64,000 bases of DNA from Felis catus. Taxonomy: Eukaryota. The stretch lies in the NCBI RefSeq assembly GCF_018350175.1, contig NC_058368.1, positions 2,542,001 to 2,606,000 of the forward strand, given 5' to 3'. Positions 13,001 through 24,140 of this stretch are shown here, one piece after another; position 1 is the stretch's first letter, and every line of letters starts with the position of its first letter. Made by a program: the position numbers and the translations under genes. The notes under the pieces were generated by a model. The model saw only the letters and a program-made list of their open reading frames with translations. It did not search any database and was not told the origin of the DNA.

Positions 13001-13089
13001 TGGATATTGACATCTTGATTTAAGTCCATCTCAATCAAAATCTCTCTCTTTTTTAATTTAGAAATTAAGAAATTGATTCTAAAATTCAT

Positions 13090-13840
13090 ATATACCTCTG
13101 GTCTGCACATATGCATAGCCTTCCCCATTACCAGCACCCCTCATGAGAGTTGTACGTTTGTTACAGTTGATGAACCTACACTGATAACTTCATAATCAAA
13201 GTCCATAATTTACATTACAGTTCACTCTTAGTGTTGTGCATTTAATGGGTTTGGACAAATGTATAAGGACATGTATTTATTGTTATGGTACCATACGGAG
13301 TATTTTCACTACCCCCTAAACCGTTTGCACTTTGTTTATTTATATCTCCACCCCTCAAGCCCCTGGAAACCATTGATCTTTTTAGTGTCTCCATGGCTTT
13401 ACTTTTCCTGAATGTCATACAGCTGGAATCATACAGCATGTGGTGCTTTCAGATTGGCTGCTTTCACTTAATACTAGGCACTGAGGTTCCCTCCATGTCT
13501 TTCCATGGATGGATGGCTCATTTCTTTTTAGCACCGAATATTTCCTGGCCTGAATGTACCACAGTTTATCCCTTCACCTACAGCAGGACATCTTAGTGGC
13601 TTCCAAGTGTTGGCAATTATGAACAAAACTGCTATAAACAGCTGGGTGCATGTTTTTGTGTAGTCATGTTTTCAACTCCTTTGGGAAAATACCAAGGTTC
13701 TCAATTGCTGGATCATATGGTAAGAGTATGTTTAATTTTGTAAGAAACTATCAAACTGTCTTCCAAAGGGCATACTATTTTGCATTCCCCCCAGCAATGA
13801 GTTCTGAGAGTCCCTGTTGCCCCACACCTTTGTCAGCATG
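13090..13840 (-). mobile_element. Nested antisense L1 3' fragment (L1MC-like)
   Basis: aaagtccataatttacattacagttcactcttagtgttgtgcatt...gggtttggacaaatgtataa is typical of the L1MC 3'UTR, followed by the ORF2 end (attgctggatcatatggtaagagtatgtttaa). Confidence 0.85.
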
Positions 13841-15530
13841 GACAGCTAAGTTTTGACAAAGATGCAAAGGGAATTCAGTGGAGGAAGACAGCTTTCGACA
13901 AATGGTGTGGGACAATTGGCTATCCATATTCAAAACATTTAATTCACATCTTGTACATAGAGGTTAACTCAAAATGGATCACAGACCTAAAACATCAAAC
14001 AAAAAACTATAAAACTTCTATAATTAAACAAGGAAATGTATATTTGTGATATTAGGTAAAGATTTTTCAGATGCAACACAGAAAGACACAATTTCTTTCA
14101 AAGATAGCATTAAGAGGATGGAAAGAAAAGTCATAATCTGGTAGAACATATTTGTAAATTATCACTGGACTTATATGTCCAGGGACTTATATCCAGAATG
14201 TAGCTATCAAAACTCAAGAAAATAGGCAAAATATTTGAATAGACATAATTTGAACAGACAAGTTGAAAAAATTTATGAATGATAAATCAGTACACGTAAA
14301 GAGATTCCACATCATTGCTCATTAGGGAAAATGCAAAATAAAATCAGAATGTGATAGATACCATTGCATACCTATTAGAATGGCTAAAATGACAAAAAAA
14401 AAAAAAGACCATTCTAAGTGTCGGTGTGGATTTGGAGGAACTGGAACTCTCACACACAGCTGGTAGAAACATAAAATTTTACAACTTCTTTGGAAAACAT
14501 TTTGTTACTTTCTTAAAGCATTAAATGTATGCTTACTATGTGATCCAGATATCCCACTCCTATGTATGTACTCAACAGAAATAGAAGCATATGTTCATAA
14601 AAAGACAAACCCAGATTTTAAAATAATAGCCAAAACACTTGGAACATACCCAAATGTACCCCGCAGCTGGATGAATGAACTATGGAACATCTATACATTG
14701 GGATACTGCCCAACAATACAAACACATGAGTTACTGAAATATGCTGCAGCACTGAGGAATCTCAAAATAGTTGTGCTGAATGGAAGGAGCTAGACAAAAA
14801 GAAGTAGATACAGGATGATTTCACTTAGGTGAAATTCTAGAAAGTTCAATCTTACGTAGAGTTATAGAGAGATTAGTGGTTGCCTGGAGATGAGTAGGAC
14901 AGACAGGGGTGGGAGGAAGAACTACAAAGGGACATGGGGAGACTTTCGGAATGGTGGCTATGCTAGTGATCTTGATTTACTGGGTGTATAAATATGTCAA
15001 ACTTATCAAGTTATATACTTTGGTACAGTTTATTGTATGCCAGCTATAGATCTATAAAAATACAAACAATATGAAATGATTACAAACAATATCAACCTTC
15101 CAGAGCTGTTACACAGATATAAGGAGATGATGGAAGCTGGTGTGATCCTGGCACATCGAGGAATCCAAATAGAAGTCAGCTCCCTTTACTTACAATATAG
15201 CCTGATGTTTTCCCATCAAGGAAGGGCTCCTAAAATTTGCCAAATAGCAGGCAAAGGGGGAATCAGAAGAAGGGAAAAAGTTTTACGATATCTGTCCCTG
15301 TGACCGTTTTGGACTGGAGTGAAGGGTCAGAGAGGGGCAGATGATTCCGGGGATGAGCATTTCCTGATGCATGATGGCTGAAAGCATCCCCCGCCCCGAT
15401 TCTAAATGAAACCTTCATGGGGGGACAGCACACTGTTATCAGGAGAGAGTGACTCTGTTTACAAGTACAACAAAGGAGATGCGGAAGCAAACGAAACAAA
15501 CAAAAAACCCAGCAAGAAAATCAAAACATA

Positions 15531-15796
15531 TACGTAATATCATATAGAGTAGCCTTTTGGGTATGCTTGGTAATGATTAATTCTATATTTTTAGTTCAGA
15601 ACAGGAGTTAAGTTTCAAAATTCCTGTTTAGCTGTTTTTATCTCCGAAACACGTGACAGCTTGTCACGAGGCTAAATTGGGAACCACACCCAATTGTTCT
15701 GAGCACACTCAAGGAACTATATTAAGGGCTACATGACAAATGTATGAACAAATTATAAACCCATTCGATTAGCTACTGCTGTCTAGAAAGGGCTGA
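15531..15796 (+). repeat. Copy B of the ~270-bp direct repeat
   Basis: Collinear with 6931-7197 and ends ctagaaagg(a)gctga in both copies. Confidence 0.9.
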
Positions 15797-16409
15797 GCAT
15801 TTGAGGCAAATGCCAGAATTTAGACTATGCTGTGAAGTTTGTGAGAGATTAAAGAATTGATACAATGTGTAATCCAGTGACTGAATTATCCTCTCCACTT
15901 TCTATTTAAGATATACTATTTTATATTTAACGTATGACATGAAGGCCAGGACCTTTGGGTTATGGATTAATGGTTTGAAAACAAGCCATGTATCAAGGCG
16001 AGGAGATCCACTCAGAGCCTCATTTTTGTTTTCTATAAGCAGAATGAGAACTTTTCACTCGGTGGGCAGTAGACAGATCAGCTATGGTTTGTCTCAATAG
16101 AAACTGGGCCAATTTGTGCCTTGCAGTATATACTGTAGCGTCTACACTAAATGGGAATCTACTGGACTTAGACATTGCATGTTCCAACTGTGCTGCTTAA
16201 TTAATTATTTGAAAAGGACATTGAACCCAGTCCAATGTGAATCATACTGTCGTCGATTCACATCTGGGTATTACTAGTTTGTAAAGAATATTTATTTGCG
16301 TTTTCTCAGGGGATGGGAGACCGACGAGACTGACAGATACTTTAAGAGTAATGAAAGTTGCCTTTGGTGTCATTGTCCACATTTATTAAACACCTATTCT
16401 CCACCAAGC

Positions 16410-16660
16410 CAGTTAGCCTGGTGCTTAAAAGCACCGACTTTGTAATCAGGTTGCCCGGATCTGAATCCCATCTCCACCATTTTTTCCAACTTCGTGGCCT
16501 GGGACAAAACTGCATTCCTCTTTCCACCTTAGTTTGTTTGGCCCTCTATCCCTACCTGTGTAGGGGTTCTCGTCAGGATCAAAGACTTGAGGATTTGTAA
16601 AGTATTTTCAGTAGTGCCTGGCACACAGTAAGCGCCCATTAGATCTTGGCTATCCTTATA
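16410..16660 (+). mobile_element. MIR SINE
   Basis: ggatctgaatcccatctccacca core and the gtgcctggcacacagtaagcgc 3' end. Confidence 0.8.
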
Positions 16661-17357
16661 TACCTTACATTTGAATCCTTATAATAACATAAAAGGAACT
16701 TATTTTCCCTGTTTTATAGGTAGTAAACTAGCTAGTTCTTGCCATATCTGTGCTTGTACTTAGGCTTTCTGACTTTGGTCCAAGCTTTTCTCCTTTATAT
16801 TGTATTACAACGTGAGAGGGGTGCTGTTCACTAAGGTTTCCATTTTTTTGGAAACTCCCACCTAGCATTTTTCTGAAATCACAGTGGATTTCCGTGTGTT
16901 CTTCCTGACTCTGCTTTGGCAGTCCAAGCTTGGAGTCTGTACTGTTCTTTGCACAAGCTGCAGTGGCTCTTAGAATGCAAAGCAGGGGGAAGGCACAACC
17001 TCATTTACCTTCACCGCATTCTAGAGAGTTGAAACGATGGCCCAGCATTAGCTCCTTCCCCTTCTTCCCCTCTTTCTCCTCCTTTTAATCCTTCTTCCCC
17101 TCCTCCTCCTCCTCCTTCTTTAAATTTGAAACAAATGTAAGCTTAAAAGACAATGATCTAATTTTCACTTTATGCATCTCAATCACATGTCCGTTCCTTT
17201 CTGTTAAGTCTTCTAAATGTGTTTACTTCATCTCCATGCAGAGATCTGACCTATGGGTAGTTCAGGAATCCTGAGATAGTACCTGACTGGGCTAACCTTA
17301 TCCCTGGGCTCGATGCGGGGTGGGGGGCGGGGGGGGGGCACAGATAGGTGGGGATCA

Positions 17358-17770
17358 CTGTAGATTCTGGTTCATTCTTTCCTTCTCCCAACTAGTGGCT
17401 AGCTGAGTTCATCACCACCCAGCTAGAGACTCAATTTCCCAGTCTCCTTTGCAGCTAGGTTTGACCACCTGATCAATTTCTAGCCACGGACGTAGGCAGA
17501 AGGGACTTATGGCAATAATAGACTTGGGCCTCAAGTATCACACGTTCCCCCTCCCATCTTTCTCCTTCCCATGAGTTGAAATGTATATGACCTTGAGACT
17601 CAACTTTGACCATGGTGGACAAGCTCACTATCCCAGGGTGAAGACTGACCAGGGAAGAAACCTTAGTTCCTCAAATGCTCTTATGGAGTCGAACATCCAG
17701 CCCCCCTACTCAGGCTGTTAAAAGAGAAATAAAGAAAGATATCGATAGTGTATTGTTAAATCTCTTTTTT
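17358..17770 (+). mobile_element. MaLR LTR (MLT1J/K-like)
   Basis: cccagctagagactcaatttcccagtctcctttgcagctagg...ttctagcca and a gagaaataaa signal near the end. Confidence 0.65.
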
Positions 17771-18754
17771 TTCATCTTTGCCTTTTTTCTTATCTGAGAC
17801 TTGGTTCTTAGGTTCTTCATCTCCAGCAGCTTTACGCTGGGTCTTTCGAAACACAGTTTTGCCTACTTGAGAGAAGCGATGAATCCCGATGACAAAAACG
17901 GAAAATGGCTATGCTACCCTCGACATTAATTGAATGGGAAGAATTTGTTTCACAGAAGATGCCTTTGCAGTCCTTGGCAGTTCCCTTGTTTATTTTCTGT
18001 TCCAGAACTGCACTTTTGAATACAGCCACTTGTTGGTGACTGTTTGCTGGGTACATTGTTATGCATTCTCTCTGCTTTGGAATTCAGTAGTTTATTACTA
18101 GGGGACACATCTGTGTCTTACAAATGACTTTGGAAACTATTTCCGAGATTATCTGGAGAAGACTAGAAATATGTATATAAGGAATCTAGCACTAGGAAAA
18201 GTGTGGTGGTGGAAGGATACATGATTGTTGTATTGTTATATCTACCTCTACTTAATGAAAATCAGCTCAGGAAGTTCTGTAACTATTTATTGTGCCAATT
18301 CAGAAGATGGGCAAACCCACATTCTTCCACCTCTGTAACAACAGAAGAGAAAGCCCACGACGTGTTTCTGTTTTCGCGCCGTATGATGGTGTACGAGTTG
18401 CTACCATGTGGTTCAGCTGAGAACCTGTCTCTGGAATTAACAAAACAGTACATGGACAGTGACCGCCATTGGAGAGGAGGAGAGGCTCTATAAAGAAAGG
18501 TGTTTGGGTGCTAACGGGGCCAAAGGGAGCAAGCAGCTTTGTAGGTGACCAAGCCAGCACAAGAAAGGCAGGGGGAACAGACGATTAGGGCAACCTGAGA
18601 GCCTTTTCTCTGCTCTCCTGCACCTGCCTCCACTGTATATAACAGACCTTCTTTAAGGAGTTTTTGGAGAGCCTGGCCAGATGCTCTCGGCCTTTCTCTG
18701 CTTGTCATGCAGAAAGTACCTCGGAAAGGTCTCTGCTTGGGATCACTCTGTCAA

Positions 18755-19009
18755 ATTTTATTTTATTTTATTTTATTTTATTTTATTTTATTTTATTTTC
18801 TTATTTATTTTTTGAGGGAGAGAAAGCGCGCGCGCGTGTGTGTGTGTGTGAGCAGGGGAGGGGCAGAGGGAGAGGGACAGAGAGGATCCCAAGCAGGCCC
18901 CATGCTCAGCACAGAGCTGACGCGGGCCTAGATTCCATGACCGTGAGATGATGACTTGAGCTGAAGTCAAGAGTTGGACGCTTAACCGACTGAGCCACCC
19001 AGGCGCCCC
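18755..19009 (-). mobile_element. CAN-SINE with (TTTTA)n tail
   Basis: SINE body plus a pentamer-expanded tail; tcactct flanks both sides. Confidence 0.93.
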
Positions 19010-20000
19010 TCACTCTCAGACGTTGATCTACCCCACGCGTTGCCAAACGGCTCCCCTGAGCTTCTACGTACATGCCCAGCTCCCCGGACAACTCCAGCTG
19101 GATGCCTCGAGGTACTTCAAACTACTACGCTCAAGTGTAACCTTACTGTGCGACTTCGTAATCCTGCCCTGCTGCCTGTGAACGCCGTCTCTAAGGCGAC
19201 ACCACCACCCACACGCGCACCCAGCAAGAGACTCGGAGTCCTTGTCCCCACCCCAGCCCCGTCCTATTTCTCACAGTCACCAAATTCTGCTGATTTCCCT
19301 CCAAGTCATTTTTCAGAATCATTTCTTTTCCTCCATCCTTCCTCCACAGTTCCGCCCCCCCTCCCCAGCCCCATGGCTTGAACATACCCCTGTAGCTCAT
19401 CTGGACTCCCCACCTCAAATCACGGCCCCTCCCCTCCATCCTTCCCGGGGCTGCCGAATGGTACGGGCCCGCCTGGGGCCGGCTGGCTTTTGGAATGCTG
19501 TAGATTTTAGAAAGGCCATACACGATACACGCCATATGCTACTTAACACCCCCAGCAGGACCCGAGGTAGCAGCTCCACTTCCAAAGCACGAATGTTTCT
19601 GCTCAGAATCAGGTATCACATTCAGCGGATAGAGCGTATACATAGCTTCAGACTAGTGCAGGTCAGGTTTTGCGGCCTCGAGCTCAGATCAGATTCGACT
19701 TCGTCACCTAAAGTGTCAAACCTTAGAGCTGTGTTCTGAACTTTCTGGGTTCCGCGGCGGGCACGCCCAGGGACCTCTCACCGCACTGTTCTCTTCACTT
19801 TCCGAACATCTGTGGTCCCCTTGGCCTATAGGACAGATCCTATTACAACTTCCCAGCTTCCCACCACCTGGGCTCCCTGCACTTCCTCAGGGGCGACATT
19901 GGCTTTTCTGTTCCCCTCTGCCCCAGAGCCCCTGACATGATGCCCCAAGTGCACCGTGCTCTTTCTTGATTCTGCGTCTTTGTTCCACGATCCCCTGCTG
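19010..20000 (+). mobile_element. Decayed L2 LINE remnant (GC-shifted)
   Basis: Pyrimidine-rich L2-like phrases (cagtcaccaaattctgctgatttccctcc, ctcatctggactcc). Highly diverged. Confidence 0.5.
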
Positions 20001-21028
20001 GGCACACTCTTAGACTCACTGCAGGCTTCGCTTCTTTTAGGGTCTTTGCCCACAAGACAGCACCTTGTCCTCCACTGGCCACGCAGCATACTGTGTTGAC
20101 ATGGTTTGGTTTTGCATCGTGGGCTGGCAGGGCAAGCCTGGGTCTTGCGGGCCTCTATATACCCGGGGACTGGGAAGCATTTAGCAAGTTTATTGAGTCA
20201 CGTGAAAAACACGGCTCCCTCTCCTCACTTTCTCCCTCGAAGGTATTTACACTGTTTTATTGTAGGTGTTACCGGGGGGATTGGGATTCCGTAGATGGCA
20301 CTTTAGGTTTTGAAGTTGACGTTTTCAGAGAGCCATTTACGCATCAAGGGCTGTCTGGACTTGGCCTCCGAAGTTCATAACTTCGATTCATGAGTGTTGG
20401 TTCAACTGACAAAGAAAACCCCGCGTTCCCTGCAAACCTTCACCAACTGGTACTTGGTAGTTTTACTCGGTGAGCTGCTGCGGAGAAATTTGGAGTGTGG
20501 GGAGGGGTCCTCGGGAGGCCGAAGAGGAGCAGGCGGACAGTGGGGTCTGCAGGTGGCCCTCGTGGCTGCAGTCTGAGCTCCGTTGCTCAATCAACTTAGT
20601 GACTTAACTTCTTCAAGACTCCGTTTCCTCCTTTCTGAAGACCGTAGCAGACTAAGAATGGAGGCTGATAAGCTCGGCAAATCTACAGTGGAACCATTCC
20701 TATGGTTTGGGCTGTGCCATGAACTGGGTCACCCGGGGCAAAGTCACTCCAGCTAAGCTGCAAATACGGTGGTGAGCTGGGACAGCAGGCTGGTCTGTGA
20801 TATGTCAACACACAAACAAGGTGTGAGTAGTGGAACGCGTAACCTTGCCATTCAACATTCAGAAACTCAGAAAATGTTCCCACGCACCCGGGACGGGGCA
20901 GACTTATGTCACAGCTGCCCACACGGAGGCTGAAGCCCTCTAGGGGAGGTGGGCCACAAGGAAGTACCCCCAAGGGTAATTAGGGAAGCGTTGCTAACAG
21001 TCCGCCAAGTATTTACTTTTTTGTTTTT

Positions 21029-21264
21029 GTTTTTATTTTTTTAATTTTATGATGTTTTATTTATTTTTGAGAGAGAGAGAAAGAGAGAGAGACATAGTGC
21101 AAGCTAGGGAGGGGTACAGAGAGAGGGAGACACAGAATTCGAAGCAGGCTCCGGGCTCCGAGCTGTCAGCACAGGGCCCGTCACGGGGCTCGAACTGACG
21201 AACCGTGAGATCATGACCTGAGCTGAAGTCAGACGATCAACGGACTGAGCCACCCAGGCACCCC
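21029..21264 (-). mobile_element. CAN-SINE (SINEC_Fc)
   Basis: Canonical body; TSD acttttttgttttt. Confidence 0.95.
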
Positions 21265-21667
21265 ACTTTTTTGTTTTTAATAGACGAGAGTGGCTTCAAG
21301 GTTATCCCTGTGACAATGTCATTCTCAATGAGTTGCATTCTGATAAGCATTTTTTATGGTGGAAGGAAAGGGGTGGAAACGTATTAGTGGGCTGGACATG
21401 GTGCATAAAATTCTAGGTGCAAATAAAAAAATAGCAAATGAACGTATATATTAAAAAAGCCCAAAGTGCACACATGAACTGGCTTGGGAAAAAAAGTTGA
21501 GAATCAGTGAAATATGAGACTTTTAATAGAAAGGCTCTTCTAATGCTAAAATTCTGTGTCCTACAATCAATAACAATGACGCTTCTAGATCTTTGGCGCC
21601 ATGACTACATTACTACATATCATTTTTGGTAATAAATGCTTTATTTTATTCTCTTTCTTTGCAGTCT

Positions 21668-21810
21668 GCTCATTCACTCAGCCTTGCATCCGGCCAATAT
21701 TCATGGGGCAGTGACCGTAAGGCAGGCACTGCATCCAGGGCTGGGAAGTCACCAGTGAGCAAAACTGATTTCCACTCTCACTGAGCTTCCAGGCTACAGG
21801 AAGGGAGGAC
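21668..21810 (-). mobile_element. L2 3' end
   Basis: ctcattcactca...aatattcat...aggcactgcatccagggctgggaag...gagcaaaactga, the reverse of the L2 tail. Confidence 0.6.
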
Positions 21811-21885
21811 AATGATCCGTGTTGTTTCCATCAGGGTAGTACATGCCCAGGGTCGACTGGAAGCCAACGTATGGAGAAAAATGGC

Positions 21886-22062
21886 GGGGGCGCCTGGGGG
21901 GCTCAGTCGGCATTGGACTCTTGATGTCGGCTCGGGTCATGATCTCACGGTTGGTGGGATCGAGCCCTGCATCGGGCTCTGTGCTGAGAGTGGAAGCTGC
22001 TTGCAATTCTCTCTCTCTCTCTCTCTCTCTCTCCCTCTCTCACCCTCAAATGAAAAAAAAAA
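21886..22062 (+). mobile_element. CAN-SINE (older SINEC)
   Basis: ggggcgcctgggg...gatcgagccctgcatcgggctctgtgctga, (CT)n, A-tail. Confidence 0.9.
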
Positions 22063-22819
22063 GGGATTTCCTCTTGCTGAATCGGGACATTACTTCTTGG
22101 TATCTTTAATTTCTCTCTCCCTCCCCTCTCTCTGTCTTTCGAAAACCCAACACAACTTTTCCAGCATTCTTCATAAATTGTCCTTTTCTTCATCTTCCCC
22201 TCATTACTTAGGGATTGTGCCTCCTTGTACCATGCGAAATAACTTCCCGCGGGTGTTTACATGTTTCCATTATTTATAGGCTGCTATGTTTTCTCCTTTG
22301 CTCCTCACCAGTCACCACCCAGACGTGCTGTACATAGTTAGTTATTTTAATCTTTCCCAGTAAATCAATTCTCCCAACCTCCCCATCATTTTTATTACTC
22401 TTCTCTGAACTCCCCTCAGCTTTTCTACGTCTTTATGGTATTGAAGTGCCTGGAATTTAATGTAATTTTCCAGGTGGGGTTTGAGAAAGGCTATTAGAGA
22501 GGGACTCTCACCTCAGTTCTCTGCTGATGAAACCATTGGGAACAAAGCCCAAAACTACATTAGCCTTTTTGCTGCTGTATCAGCTTTACTAACTCATATC
22601 TAATTTTCTTTTTCACTGTCTCCTGCCAGCAATTTCTCACAGCCTTAGTGGTTGCTCAGGGGAGAGAATGGGCTTTGGTTTTCTACGACGATTTTGCTGG
22701 TTTGTAGCTTTCAGTCAGGAGTCCGCACCGAGAATCAGAGGGAGAAAAATCACGAAGCAAATCACACACTCACTGTGTGTGAGTGTGGGGCTGTGCTCTG
22801 CGAGACTTACTTGTATATT

Positions 22820-22975
22820 CTATTCAGGACTCGGAATCATCTGTAAATAGACTGAGGAAACTAAGGCTCAGAGGCGTTAGGTAAGTGTCAGGAAGTCACC
22901 TGGCTAGAGTGGGCACAGCTGGATTTGAATTGGAGTCAGCCCGAGCCAGCTTGACCACAAAGCCTTTGCTTTTGG
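22820..22975 (-). mobile_element. MIR SINE
   Basis: tgaggaaactaaggctcagaggcgttaggtaag...ggatttgaa core. Confidence 0.75.
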
Positions 22976-23764
22976 GAATCGGCACCTCTGGGTCGGGGGG
23001 TGGGGATGAGAGACAGAGGGGGTAACAGGGCTGCAGGGAGCATCCAAGGCATGTGACAGAGAGTGCCGGAAGGGAGCACAGCTTCAGCGTTCACTCACTG
23101 AGGAATCACAGCAGGCACCGTCTGGGCCTCGTGTCCTCATCCTGGTGAAATGTGGCTCAGCAGAGGACCACCGAGAACTTCACATAAGTGAGTGATGGTT
23201 AAGTCCCCGGATGTAGTAGACCCTGCATGTTATCACTTGCCTCCTTCCTAACTCCACTGGCCAGAAGGTAGCTTCGGGAGTTACGAGAACCAGAACTCCA
23301 CTGGCCAGTTTTGGGAGTTACCAGAACAGGAATCACACGCAAAGCTCGGGAAGACAGACCCTGACAGAGCAGACCTTTCAAAATTTCCATTCTGGAATGG
23401 AATCGGCTAACATCTGAGGACATTTCTAGAAAGATCTGCGCTTGAAATACATCCTAATGGTCTCTTGCCCTCTCTCAGCAACAGCACCACTTCTCGGCAC
23501 CTCACTTTTGTGTCTCCTCCTTTTCAGATCAAAGTTGGAATCGAGTAATTTAACTTTATTTCTCCAAATGCTTGCGCAAACCTTGATCAGATATATATGG
23601 AGAACGGAGCCTGATGGGGGATGTTGGGGTGCAAATTGTATATGTGGTGTGCGTAAGTATGGCCTTTTTTGAGAAAACATGAGATCTGTATTTTGGAACC
23701 ATTACTGCACTGGGAGATATTGCTGGGATTCCCTTTTTCTGTTAATTCCCGAAAGGCTTATTTT

Positions 23765-24010
23765 GTGCAGTACACGGTATAGCGGAAAAGGCATGTTTCT
23801 GGACTTACATAGACCTTGAGCCAAGCAGCGTCACACGTAGTTTTGTAAAACTGGGCAAGTGATTAAATCCATTTCATCCTAAGTTTTCTCCTCTTTAAGT
23901 TAGAATTCCTGCCCGTGAGTGGCTGTGAGGTATAAAGGAGATAACATACCCTTCACGATCTAAGCAAGTGCCTTGGTATCTAAGCAAGTGCTTCACAAAT
24001 GTTGTTTTTC
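23765..24010 (+). mobile_element. MIR SINE
   Basis: ctgggcaagtgattaaatcc...gctgtgaggtataaaggagataacata...aagtgcttcacaaatgtt; includes a 20-bp tandem duplication of atctaagcaagtgc (23958, 23978). Confidence 0.7.
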
Positions 24011-24140
24011 ACTTCTGCTTATCTCTGGCTCATATTCTCCTTTATAATTCATGTGGTATATGCTTTGCCAGATGACCCACATATTAGTCAACACTCCGAA
24101 ATTATCTACCGTATGGTCAGAACTGTATGATGCGTATTGT

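Larger units (their letters stand above)
7200..15062 (+). mobile_element. Ancient decayed LINE-1 (L1ME/L1MD-like), ORF1 to ORF2 to 3'UTR remnants, interrupted by 7 SINEs and a nested L1
   Basis: ORF1-like remnants about 7900-8800. ORF2 remnants include ttgacctaattgacatttatagaac, ccaagtgggatttatcccaggaatgcaagg and the peptide LSNIVLETLARAIRQEKEIK (12301-12516). L1ME-type 3'UTR at 14780-15062. Boundaries approximate. Confidence 0.85.

Noticed and set aside
5130..21665. Isolated splice-acceptor-like sites (about 5146, 16309, 21664)
   Set aside because: No matching donors or ORFs could be linked, so a lncRNA exon cannot be supported without RNA data.
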